DNA of 58,672 bases from Planctomycetota bacterium (GCA_031425255.1 JANPIY010000289.1:1-58672); one strand, 5' to 3'. Numbered from the stretch's first letter, positions 18,873 through 26,988 are shown. Numbers and translations are program-made. The notes: a model not told the origin generated them from the letters alone.

Positions 18873-19499
18873 TCACTCCTGGCGCATCGGCGGCAGCACC
18901 AGCGGTGTCGGCAGGGCCGCCAGCGCGGCGGTCAGCGCGGGGGCATCCGGCAGGCGGATGAGGGCACCGAAGGGTACCGACTGGGTGCGGGTGATGGCCG
19001 CCCAGGCGGTGCGTTGGCGCAGGCCCCGGGTGGTGATCTCGACCTCGTCCAGGCGCATGCGATGGCTGGCCTCTTCGAAGACCGCCTGCGTCGCCCGGCC
19101 CATGAAGAGGTCGCCGTTCCAGGTGCCGATGAAGCGCACCGGACCATCCACCGGACGGTCCGGCAGCGCCCCGAGGAGGATCTCGTTCGCGGCGCCGCGA
19201 TCATAGCTGGCCCTGGGAGCAGTGACGTAGACCACCCCGTCCTCGCCCGGCAGACGCATCAGCACCGAACTGAATTCGAGGCTCTTGAATTCGGCATCGC
19301 CCTGCGCGAGGCGCTCGGCCTGCATGTAGGCGGGCGGACCCGGCCGCTTCTCATCCCACCAATGCATCACCACCAGACCGTCCGCGCCTGGGGCGGGAAG
19401 GTCATCCGGCGCCCCGCAGCCGGTCAGGAAAGCCAAGGCGGAGCAGGCGATGAAGCCCAGGCTCCGAAGTGACCAGCGATCTCCCCTCATGCGGCTCAT
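18873..19499 (-). CDS. Hypothetical lipoprotein
   Basis: 208 aa. The signal peptide carries a lipobox (ALAFLTGC|GAP). I did not recognise any domain. Confidence 0.7.
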   Translation of the reverse strand: MSRMRGDRWSLRSLGFIACSALAFLTGCGAPDDLPAPGADGLVVMHWWDEKRPGPPAYMQAERLAQGDAEFKSLEFSSVLMRLPGEDGVVYVTAPRASYDRGAANEILLGALPDRPVDGPVRFIGTWNGDLFMGRATQAVFEEASHRMRLDEVEITTRGLRQRTAWAAITRTQSVPFGALIRLPDAPALTAALAALPTPLVLPPMRQE

Positions 19500-19631
19500 A
19501 CGCGTGAACCCTAACAGGCGACTCGGGTTGCACCATGTCAGGCACCTCGACCGCGCCGCCTTGACCGTTTTAGGGTGCCCGACAGACTACCGCCCTTCAC
19601 CGAAAAGCCCTGCGGGCTAAAGCCCGCTTTC

Positions 19632-19637
19632 AAGGAG
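19632..19637 (+). promoter_or_regulatory. Shine-Dalgarno sequence AAGGAG for acpP
   Basis: AAGGAG lies 5 nt upstream of the GTG at 19643. This argues for 19643 rather than 19637 as the acpP start. Confidence 0.55.
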
Positions 19638-19642
19638 TGGCC

Positions 19643-19876
19643 GTGAGCGACATTCGTAACAAGGTCATCGATATCATCGCCGACCGTCTGAGCCGCGATA
19701 AGGCCACCATCACCGAGGCGAGCAACATCGTCGCCGATCTGGGCGCCGACAGTCTCGACATCGCCGAGATCATGATGGACCTGGAAGATGCTTTCGGCGT
19801 GAAGCTGGAAGAGGATCAGGACCTCAAGACCATCGGGGACGTGATCAAGTACCTCGAGGGTAAAGTCGCCAAGTGA
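19643..19876 (+). CDS. acpP: Acyl carrier protein
   Basis: (M)SDIRNKVIDIIADRL...LGADSLDIAEIMMDLEDAFGVKL is a canonical ACP with the DSL phosphopantetheine-attachment serine (AGT at 19751-19753). It lies immediately upstream of fabF. Confidence 0.95.
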   Translation: MSDIRNKVIDIIADRLSRDKATITEASNIVADLGADSLDIAEIMMDLEDAFGVKLEEDQDLKTIGDVIKYLEGKVAK

Positions 19877-19887
19877 CCCAGTCACCG

Positions 19888-21138
19888 ATGACCAATCGTC
19901 GCGTGGTCGTCACCGGCATGGGCGTGCTGGCCTGTAATGGGACCGATACGACCACCTTCTGGGATGCGCTGAAAGCCGGACGCCACGGCATCGGTCCCAT
20001 CACCACTCTGGATGTGTCCAAGCACAAGACCCGCTTCGGCGGTGCCGTGCCTCTCGACAATGCCGCGCTGGTGATCGGCGACATGAAGCAGGCCAAGCGC
20101 AAGGACCGTTTCGTCCTGCTCGCGCTCAAGGCGGCGCATGAGGCGATGGCCTCCAGCGGTCTCGATTGGAAGAACTGGGCGGATCCCTTCCGTGCCGGCT
20201 GCGTCGTCGGTTCCGGCATCGGCGGCCTGAAGACCATCGAGGAGGAATGTGCGGTGATGGCCGCGCGCGGCCCCTCACGCGTCAGCCCCTTCCTGGTGCC
20301 CAAGATGATCGTCGACAGTGCGGCTGGCGACATCTCGATCGTCTACGGCACCAAGGGTCCGAACTATTCCATCACCACCGCCTGCGCCACCGGTTCGCAT
20401 TGCATCGGTGCGGCCTTCCACCATATCCGCAGCGGTCTGTGCGATGTGATGATCAGCGGCGGCAGCGAAGCCCCGATCACCGATCTCGGCGTCGCCGGCT
20501 TCAATTCGATCACCGCCTTGTCGACCCGTAACGACAGCCCGGCGACCGCCAGCCGACCTTTCGATCGCGACCGTGATGGTTTCGTCATCGGCGAAGGGGC
20601 GGGCATCGTCATCCTCGAGGAACTCGAGCACGCCCAGCGGCGCGGCGCCACCATCCATGCCGAGATCATCGGCTTCGGCTGCACCGGCGACGCCTACCAC
20701 GAGACCCAGCCCGACCCCAGCGGCGCGGGCGGCATCGGTTGCATGCGCATGGCCTTGCGCGACGCGGGCATCAATCCCGAGCAGCTCGGCTACATCAACG
20801 CGCACGGCACCTCGACCAAGTACAATGACGCAGGTGAGACCAAGGTGATCAAGGCGGTCTTCGGCGACTACGCCAAAAAGCTCGCGGTCTCCAGCACCAA
20901 ATCGATGACCGGGCATACTCTGGGCGCGGCGGGTGGCATCGAGGCCATCGCCTCGGTCCTGGCGCTGCGTGATGGCGTGCTGCCGCCCACCATCAATTAC
21001 ACGACGCCCGACCCGGAGTGCGACCTCGACTACGTGCCCAACCAGGCCCGCAGCCAGCGCGTCGAGTACGCCTTGTCGAACAACCTCGGCTTCGGCGGCC
21101 ACAACGCCTCGCTGGTCTTCCGCCGCTTCGGCGGCTGA
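19888..21138 (+). CDS. fabF: 3-oxoacyl-ACP synthase II
   Basis: MTNRRVVVTGMGV... with the active-site Cys (TTACATGSHCIG), the His pair (YHETQPD/INAHGTST) and KSMTGHTLGAAG. The ORF opens at GTG 19873; the ATG at 19888 is preferred. Confidence 0.95.
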   Translation: MTNRRVVVTGMGVLACNGTDTTTFWDALKAGRHGIGPITTLDVSKHKTRFGGAVPLDNAALVIGDMKQAKRKDRFVLLALKAAHEAMASSGLDWKNWADPFRAGCVVGSGIGGLKTIEEECAVMAARGPSRVSPFLVPKMIVDSAAGDISIVYGTKGPNYSITTACATGSHCIGAAFHHIRSGLCDVMISGGSEAPITDLGVAGFNSITALSTRNDSPATASRPFDRDRDGFVIGEGAGIVILEELEHAQRRGATIHAEIIGFGCTGDAYHETQPDPSGAGGIGCMRMALRDAGINPEQLGYINAHGTSTKYNDAGETKVIKAVFGDYAKKLAVSSTKSMTGHTLGAAGGIEAIASVLALRDGVLPPTINYTTPDPECDLDYVPNQARSQRVEYALSNNLGFGGHNASLVFRRFGG

Positions 21139-21234
21139 AAAGAACCCGCCAGGTAGACCCGCGTACCCGAGGCCCAACCGCCGAAGGTGCACAGTCCAGA
21201 TTCCCGACCCGACGTGCTCTGCGGTTTGAGGCGA

Positions 21235-21428
21235 CTCCTAAGAGCTGGTTTCATAACCCCTCCCTACTGCGCCCGGCCCTCGTCGGCTGCGGCGGCGTCA
21301 GACGAGCCAATTTGTGCTCAACATGGCCTACGGCCATGCCTCCGCTCCAAACGGCCCGTCTTCCTTGCCTCGCTCGACGATGGCTCGGGCTCGCTACGGG
21401 ATGGGTTATGAAACCAACTCTAATGGAG
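21235..21428. repeat. ~194-nt imperfect palindrome (rod-like hairpin) in the fabF/ACP-like intergenic region
   Basis: The outer arms 21241-21264 (AGAGCTGGTTTCATAACCCCTCCC) and 21398-21421 (GGGATGGGTTATGAAACCAACTCT) pair at 22 of 24 positions. Interrupted helices continue inward. A perfect apical hairpin CATGGCC-TAC-GGCCATG (21322-21338) sits at the exact centre of symmetry. Confidence 0.85.
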
Positions 21429-21519
21429 GCACCGATCCTGGTGGGCATGCCTGGGGCCCCTGGTGGTTGCCGTCGGGATCCGGACGACCAGACTGCGCCG
21501 CCCCAATGGTGAGAATCCT

Positions 21520-21840
21520 ATGAACACGGTGCCGGTCATGGAAAAGAAGCGTATTCGCGAAGAAGTGATAGAGATCATGTGCAACAAGCTGCACAATCTC
21601 CCCCACCCCGGCGACGATGACGAGTTCGATTACGACAAGCAGGCGCTGGTTCCCGATATCACCAAGGATCCGCTCGACATCGCCGAGGTGTCGATGGACC
21701 TGGAGGACGCCTTCGGCATCAACTTCGACGAGGCCCTTCCTGGCGAAGCCGGACTCGAGACCATCGGCCGCGTGGTCGACTTCCTCGATCGCCGCATCAA
21801 CAACGAACGCCGTCTGGTGCGCAAACCTGCTGACGATTGA
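21520..21840 (+). CDS. Acyl-carrier-protein-like protein lacking the phosphopantetheine serine (DPLD instead of DSLD)
   Basis: 106 aa starting at the ATG at 21520. ...ITKDPLDIAEVSMDLEDAFGINFDE...LETIGRVVDFL aligns with AcpP helices II-III. The Ser codon position is CCG (21670-21672). Confidence 0.8.
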   Translation: MNTVPVMEKKRIREEVIEIMCNKLHNLPHPGDDDEFDYDKQALVPDITKDPLDIAEVSMDLEDAFGINFDEALPGEAGLETIGRVVDFLDRRINNERRLVRKPADD

Positions 21841-21866
21841 GCCACGGGCTGCATCTGCCGGCTTCA

Positions 21867-21895
21867 CGAACCCCGCATCGGTGATGCGGGGTTCG
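21867..21895. terminator. Intrinsic-terminator-like hairpin between convergent genes
   Basis: CGAACCCCGCATC (21867-21879) and GATGCGGGGTTCG (21883-21895) form a perfect 13-bp stem with a 3-nt loop. It lies 27 nt after the ACP-like stop and 15 nt from the stop of the convergent lipoprotein gene. The T-tract is weak (TCATT). Confidence 0.65.
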
Positions 21896-21909
21896 TCATT
21901 GGCCGACCC

Positions 21910-22350
21910 TCAACGCGCGAGTCCAGGAGTGGGCTCGCCGAGCCTGGCCTCCTGCTCGTACTGCGCGAGCAGGGCCGCGGCGAGCAGGGTCTGGTCACGC
22001 GACCACTGCGGCTGCTGATCGATCAGGAACACCAGCAGACGCGGCGGCTGACTGGTGCCCTGACGCGCCGCCCGACGTTTCTGGGCATTGTGATAGGCTT
22101 CGACCACCACCGCACGGTCGAGGGCGCCGCTGTCGATGTCCTGCACCCGCTGTGAGGACAGGCGCATGGCGAGCAGGCCGATCTGATCGTCGAGCCCGCG
22201 CCCGCTGGGCCGTTGGTCGGCTGGCACCGCCATGGCGCTGCCCGTCGCGTCGACCGCAGCCCGCAGGCGCTCAGTGATCGCCCCGTCCGGCGGTTTGTGC
22301 GCCTGGCAACCCGACATCGCGATCGACAACAACAGCATGAGCCAGCGCAT
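21910..22350 (-). CDS. Hypothetical lipoprotein
   Basis: MRWLMLLLSIAMSGC|QAHK carries a signal peptide and lipobox. I did not recognise the rest. The ORF opens at 22383. Confidence 0.6.
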   Translation of the reverse strand: MRWLMLLLSIAMSGCQAHKPPDGAITERLRAAVDATGSAMAVPADQRPSGRGLDDQIGLLAMRLSSQRVQDIDSGALDRAVVVEAYHNAQKRRAARQGTSQPPRLLVFLIDQQPQWSRDQTLLAAALLAQYEQEARLGEPTPGLAR

Positions 22351-22400
22351 GCCGCCATGTTTGTGCGCGAGGTTGCCGCGCAAGGCGGGAAGAGTCGGCG

Positions 22401-22976
22401 TTACTTGCGGATGCCTTCCGTCGAGAAGGTCACGGTCACCTCGTCACCGATGTTCTCCAGCATCTTGTCCATGCCGTAGTCGCTGCGCTTGACCGTGAAG
22501 ACGGTTTCGAAGCCGATCCGCTGGTTGCCCTTGGGATCCTTGCCTTCGCCGGTCTTGACCACGGCGATGGTGATGGGCTTGGTCACGCCATGCATGGTGA
22601 AGTTGCCGGCGACGTTGTAGTGCGTGGCGTCGACCGCGGTGATGGCCGAGCTGACGAAGCGCAGGACGGGGAATTGCTTGGCATCGAAGAAGTCGGGATT
22701 GGCGAGGTGCGCATCGCGTTTCGCATCGCGCGAATCCACGCTCGCCGCCTGGATGGTGACCGCGATGCTGCTGACGGCGGGATTGGCCTGATCCCATTGC
22801 AGCAAACCTTCGATGGCATTGAAGGTGCCATGAAAGTACGCGATGTTGAAATGTTTGATGCGGAAGAGCGCGGAACTGGTCACCGGATCCAGCGCATAGG
22901 TGTCAGCCGCATGGAGATGTGCCACCGTGCCCAGGGGCAGGGAGAGCATGGAGATCAGCACGGTGGCGAAGCGCAT
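22401..22976 (-). CDS. YceI family periplasmic protein
   Basis: This is the last 191 codons of the 421-aa ORF 22401..23666: MRFATVLISMLSLPLGTVAHLHAADTYALDPVTSSALFRIKHFNIAYFHGTF...FTMHGVTKPI.... That is a signal peptide followed by typical YceI lipocalin-like motifs. The upstream part of the ORF is antisense to mnmA. Confidence 0.9.
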   Translation of the reverse strand: MRFATVLISMLSLPLGTVAHLHAADTYALDPVTSSALFRIKHFNIAYFHGTFNAIEGLLQWDQANPAVSSIAVTIQAASVDSRDAKRDAHLANPDFFDAKQFPVLRFVSSAITAVDATHYNVAGNFTMHGVTKPITIAVVKTGEGKDPKGNQRIGFETVFTVKRSDYGMDKMLENIGDEVTVTFSTEGIRK

Positions 22977-23118
22977 GGGAGGTATCCTGATAGTGATAGG
23001 AACTTGGATTCGCGAGTCTTCTACCGCCGGGGTGCCCCTGATGTTTGCAGGTTTTCCCGTCAGCCGGTGCAGGGCGCGTGAAACCGGACCTGGGAGATGA
23101 CGATCCCCGGACGTCGTC

Positions 23119-24222
23119 TCACGGCGCGGGTGCGATCCAACCGCCGCCGAGACACAATTCTTCGCGGTCGTCATAGGCGACACAGGCCTGACCGGCATTG
23201 GTGCGCGCCTGCGGTTCGGCAAAACGCACGGTGGCGTTGGGCAGGCCGCCGGGCCCGCTACCCGGGCGCGGCAGCACCAATGCCGGCACCACGCGGCCGC
23301 GGTGACGGGTACGGACACGACACTCCAAACCGCCGGCCGGCAGGTCGCCGAGGTGCCAGGTGCAGTCGGTGAGAGGCAGTTCATCCACCAGCAGGCCATC
23401 GCGTGCTCCCAGCACCACGGTGTTGCTGGCGTGATCGAGGCGGACCACGAACAGGGGTTCGTGCCATGCGATGCCAAGGCCCTTGCGCTGGCCGATGGTG
23501 TAGGCCGCCAGTCCCTGGTGTTCACCCAGGACCTGGCCATCGCTGTGCACGATGGGACCCGGGCGGAACGCCTCCGGAATCCGTTCGCGCAGGAATCCCT
23601 CCACCCCTTCATTGCCGATGAAGCAGATGTCCTGGGATTCGATCTTGTCGGCGGTGACGATGCCACGCGCGCGCGACGCGGCGCGGACCTCGTCCTTGGT
23701 CATGTCACCGACGGGGAAGTGCGCCGCCGCGAGCTGGGCCTGCGTCAGGCTGAAGAGGAAGTAGGTCTGGTCCTTGTTGCGGTCCACCGCCGTGCGCAGG
23801 ACGTGGCGATCGAAGGCCTGCGTGACCCGCGCGTAGTGACCGGTGGCGACCTGCTCCGCGCCCAGGCGTTGCGCGTGTTCCCACAACGCTCCGAACTTGA
23901 TCTTCTCGTTGCAGCGCACGCAGGGATTGGGGGTCTGACCCTCGGCGTAGGCGGCGACGAAACCGTCGACCACGCCCTGGCGGAAACCGTCGACCAGATC
24001 GACCACGTAGTGGCGGATGCCGGCGCCCTGCGCGACCGCACGGGCATCGATGGTCTCGGTCGGTGAACAGCACGAGTCTTCGCGCGTGAAGCCGCCGTCC
24101 TGCTCGGCACACGGCCACAACTGCATGGTGACACCGACCACTTCATGGCCTTGCTCGCGCAGCAGGGCCGCGCTGAGGCTGGAATCCACCCCTCCACTCA
24201 TACCGACGACGATGCGTGCCAT
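23119..24222 (-). CDS. mnmA: tRNA 2-thiouridine(34) synthase
   Basis: MARIVVGMSGGVDSSLSA contains the PP-loop. Further motifs are NPCVRCN and ATGHYAR...DQTYFL. The 367-aa length is typical of MnmA. Confidence 0.95.
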   Translation of the reverse strand: MARIVVGMSGGVDSSLSAALLREQGHEVVGVTMQLWPCAEQDGGFTREDSCCSPTETIDARAVAQGAGIRHYVVDLVDGFRQGVVDGFVAAYAEGQTPNPCVRCNEKIKFGALWEHAQRLGAEQVATGHYARVTQAFDRHVLRTAVDRNKDQTYFLFSLTQAQLAAAHFPVGDMTKDEVRAASRARGIVTADKIESQDICFIGNEGVEGFLRERIPEAFRPGPIVHSDGQVLGEHQGLAAYTIGQRKGLGIAWHEPLFVVRLDHASNTVVLGARDGLLVDELPLTDCTWHLGDLPAGGLECRVRTRHRGRVVPALVLPRPGSGPGGLPNATVRFAEPQARTNAGQACVAYDDREELCLGGGWIAPAP

Positions 24223-24298
24223 GACGGGCGGGAGGCTAGGGAGCTGCGCGCGTAAGGATATCGCTACGCTGCCGAGCCTCGGTCATGACGCGCCCGGA

Positions 24299-25141
24299 TC
24301 ACTTGTCGGCGGGCGGCTCCGCGGCGGGCAGTTCGACCGCGGGCGCAGCTTCAGGCGCCGCGGTCGGAGCTTCGGCGGCGGCTGGAGCCTCGGAAACGGC
24401 AGCTGGAACTTCCACCGCCGGGGCCGGGGCCTCGGGGACGGCGGGAGCTTCCGGGACGGCGGGAGCCTCGGGGACGGCGGGAGCTTCCGGGACGGCGGGA
24501 GCCGCTGGAGCTTCCGGGACGACCGGAGCCGCCGGAGGCTCGGGAACAACTGGTGCCTCGGCCGGAGCGGCCGGAGCCGCTGGGGTGGGCGCGTCCACGG
24601 CGGGTTGGGCGGCTTCGGGCGCACCCTTGGGCTTGGTGCCTTGAACCATCTGCGCGGTCGCAGCGCCCACCTGGCCGTTCATCGCCAGCAGATCAGTGGC
24701 ACGGCCGAGGTCCGAGAAGCTGGTATCGATGTGCCACTGTTCGAGGTAGGTGCGGTAGGCGATGCGGGCGTCGAGTTCGACCAGACGGTTGAGCAGCTCG
24801 CCGATACGCGCATCGCCTATCGCCGCGACCGGCTCATCCTTCTTCTTGCTCGTGCTGTCGACCGGTGCCGCGGCGGCACTGCCCGCCATCACCCGGCTCT
24901 CGACGTCGGCCAGCACCTGGTGGATCTCCAGGTACAGGCTGTTGGCGCGGCTGTCGGTGTAATGCGGGACCTGGTTGATCACGCCATAGGCAGGAATGGT
25001 CTTGTCGATCAGGAAGGACCCGCTGGCCGTGGGCGGCGGCGGGTTCGACTTGGTGGTGCCTGGGTAGACCTGCTCAGCCGCCGCCAGGGACAGCACCGGC
25101 ACCAGCATCATGGACAAAACACACGCGCGGGTCAGGGACAT
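24299..25141 (-). CDS. Secreted hypothetical protein with C-terminal Pro/Ala/Glu/Val-rich repeat tail
   Basis: I start it at the ATG at 25141 (MSLTRACVLSMMLVPVLSLAAAEQ, a signal peptide). The C-terminal ~100 aa read ...APVVPEPPAAPVVPEAPAAPAVPEAPAVPEAPAVPEAPAVPEAPAPAVEV... Confidence 0.7.
   Translation of the reverse strand: MSLTRACVLSMMLVPVLSLAAAEQVYPGTTKSNPPPPTASGSFLIDKTIPAYGVINQVPHYTDSRANSLYLEIHQVLADVESRVMAGSAAAAPVDSTSKKKDEPVAAIGDARIGELLNRLVELDARIAYRTYLEQWHIDTSFSDLGRATDLLAMNGQVGAATAQMVQGTKPKGAPEAAQPAVDAPTPAAPAAPAEAPVVPEPPAAPVVPEAPAAPAVPEAPAVPEAPAVPEAPAVPEAPAPAVEVPAAVSEAPAAAEAPTAAPEAAPAVELPAAEPPADK
24431..24502. repeat. Tandem 18-nt repeat x4 (alternating CTCGGGGACGGCGGGAGC / TTCCGGGACGGCGGGAGC) inside the CDS
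   Basis: Read directly. It encodes the (APAVPE)n tract of the secreted protein on the minus strand. Confidence 0.85.
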
Positions 25142-25326
25142 GGCAGGACTCCAGGGGGCAGCAGGTCCAGAGCGGACCGGGTCGGCATTGGAGGCCGCCG
25201 TGATGCGGCAGCAAGACCACCCTCCACCAGCGCGGCGGAGTGTTGCAAACACGGGGCGGTGACCACGGCACGAAGCTGCACGACTGTCCCCTGGCGGGTT
25301 GGACCCGTGGGCGGATCGTCCCGGCC

Positions 25327-26280
25327 ATGGTGGCAGAGTTGTGGCTGTTGCTGGGAGCCCTGATCCCGGTTTTCGCCCTGGTGGCGGTGGGATGGGGCAC
25401 CCACCGTTTCGCCCTGGTGGGCGATCAGGGGGTCGAGGACCTCAACAACGTGGTCTACTGGGTCGCCCTGCCGACCCAGTTGTTCGTGCTCGTCGCCGGG
25501 GTCGATACCCGCCGTTTCTTCGATGCCGCGGCGCTGCTCGCTACCATGGGCGGCTTCGTCACCGGACTGATCGGGAGCTGGCTGCTGACACGCCACCTGC
25601 CACCGGCGAGGCGGGGTTCGATCGTCGCCGGAGTAGCACGACCCAATGCCGCCTTCATCGGCCTGCCGGTGGTGCAACTCCTGGCGGCGGCCATGCCGCC
25701 CGACCAGGGCGTCATCCTGCTGACCGCCTTCGGGGTCTTGTTGGGAGCGATGATCACCGCTTTCAATGTCGGGTCGGTGGTGGCCTTGCGCCTGGCCCAT
25801 CACGGCCTGACCCCCACGGGTGTGCTGCATGTCCTCGGCCACCTGCCGCGCAACCCGCTGATCGTCGCCTGCGCGCTGGGGACGGTGGTCAGCCTGATCC
25901 AGCCCGGCGCCCTGCGCGGCACGATGGTCGGCAACACCCTCGCCCTGCTGGCTGGAGCCGCGGTGCCGATGTCCCTGCTGCTGGTCGGCATGCAGCTCGA
26001 TCTGCGGCTGATGCGGCGCAACCACGCCCTGCTGGCGGTGATCGCCATCGGCAAACTCGTCCTGGTGCCGGCGGTGACCTGGGCGCTGGGTCTCCTCCTC
26101 GGCATCGAGCCCCTGGTGCTCACCGCCGCGGTGATCCTCATGGCCTGCCCGGTGGCGATCGCCTCGGTGCCGATGGCGCGCCTGCTTGGCGGAGATGCGG
26201 AACTGATGGCCGCGATGGTGGTGGTCACCACCATCGCGGCGCCCATCGCGATGCTGGGATGGTTGCTGGTCTTGCGCTGA
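25327..26280 (+). CDS. AEC (auxin efflux carrier) family transporter
   Basis: MVAELWLLLGALIPVFALVAVGW... has about 10 TM helices in two homologous halves, as is typical of AEC/MdcF-like permeases. The ORF opens at 25240; the ATG at 25327 is preferred. Confidence 0.8.
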   Translation: MVAELWLLLGALIPVFALVAVGWGTHRFALVGDQGVEDLNNVVYWVALPTQLFVLVAGVDTRRFFDAAALLATMGGFVTGLIGSWLLTRHLPPARRGSIVAGVARPNAAFIGLPVVQLLAAAMPPDQGVILLTAFGVLLGAMITAFNVGSVVALRLAHHGLTPTGVLHVLGHLPRNPLIVACALGTVVSLIQPGALRGTMVGNTLALLAGAAVPMSLLLVGMQLDLRLMRRNHALLAVIAIGKLVLVPAVTWALGLLLGIEPLVLTAAVILMACPVAIASVPMARLLGGDAELMAAMVVVTTIAAPIAMLGWLLVLR

Positions 26281-26328
26281 TCGCGGAAAGCGGAACCCGC
26301 ACTCGCGCGCCGCGCATTACGCAGCCCG

Positions 26329-26988
26329 CTATGAAATTCGCGGAAAGAGCTTCGCCAACACCCAGTGCGTCGGCCAGTAGACCAGCAACGGCAGTCCCAC
26401 CAGCAGACCTCCCAACCACGCGAGTGGCGGCACCCAGGTCTGCGGCTCAAGGTCGCCCATGCCATGCACGTAGTTGATGTTGACCGGGGTGGCGAGCGCG
26501 GCGGCATCGGGGCGTGGTCCCGGCATGAGGAAATAACACACCAGCAGCAGAACCCAGGCCACCAGAGTCCAGCCGACGAGTGCCCGCCGGTCGTAGCGCA
26601 TCCGCCACACCAGATAGATCAGCAGGAATGGCAGCCAGCCGTGGAAGAGCGAGAGGCCACGCAGGAAGAGCGACTTCTCGGCATTGAACATGTACGCGGT
26701 CATACCGGTGAGGCGTCCGCCCATCAGACCGACCAGGAAGTCCGCCACCCACACCACTTGCGGCACGACGATGCCGACCGCCGCCATCGAGATCAGCAGC
26801 GACGACTCGCACCAGATGCCGACCAGGACCAGAAAAAGCGCAACATCGCAGAAATAGAGGAAATTGGTCGGGCCATAATTCCACCAATAGACCGGGATCA
26901 ACACCGCCATGAACAACGTATAGGCCAGCTTGAGTGACCATGGCACGCGCTCAGAAGCGTTGGTGGGAGCGTGGGACGCGGTGGACAT
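26329..26988 (-). CDS. Hypothetical integral membrane protein
   Basis: 219 aa with 5-6 hydrophobic helices and many Trp/Tyr (IPVYWWNYGPTNFLYFCDVALF...). I did not recognise the family. Confidence 0.65.
   Translation of the reverse strand: MSTASHAPTNASERVPWSLKLAYTLFMAVLIPVYWWNYGPTNFLYFCDVALFLVLVGIWCESSLLISMAAVGIVVPQVVWVADFLVGLMGGRLTGMTAYMFNAEKSLFLRGLSLFHGWLPFLLIYLVWRMRYDRRALVGWTLVAWVLLLVCYFLMPGPRPDAAALATPVNINYVHGMGDLEPQTWVPPLAWLGGLLVGLPLLVYWPTHWVLAKLFPRIS

Noticed and set aside
21235-21428. 6S RNA (ssrS), because of the ~180-190-nt length and the paired ends.
   Set aside because: The fold is a near-symmetric palindrome with a short 7-bp apical stem. It does not show the asymmetric central bubble with long closing and terminal helices typical of 6S RNA. 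No conserved 6S sequence features were recognised, and the usual ygfA neighbourhood is absent. It needs an Infernal search to settle.
22977-23666. N-terminal 230 codons of the 421-aa ORF 22401..23666.
   Set aside because: This part overlaps mnmA on the same strand in another frame and is Arg/Pro/Ala-rich. A signal peptide and a complete YceI domain begin at the internal ATG at 22976, so only 22401..22976 is kept.
24017-26477. Long overlapping ORFs 24017..25363 (+), 25132..26025 (-) and 25299..26477 (+).
   Set aside because: They are mirror or shifted frames of mnmA, the Pro/Ala-rich secreted protein and the AEC transporter. Their products are Gly/Arg/Pro-repeat junk (for example GGSFRDGGSLGDGGSFRDGGS, which comes from the 18-nt repeat).
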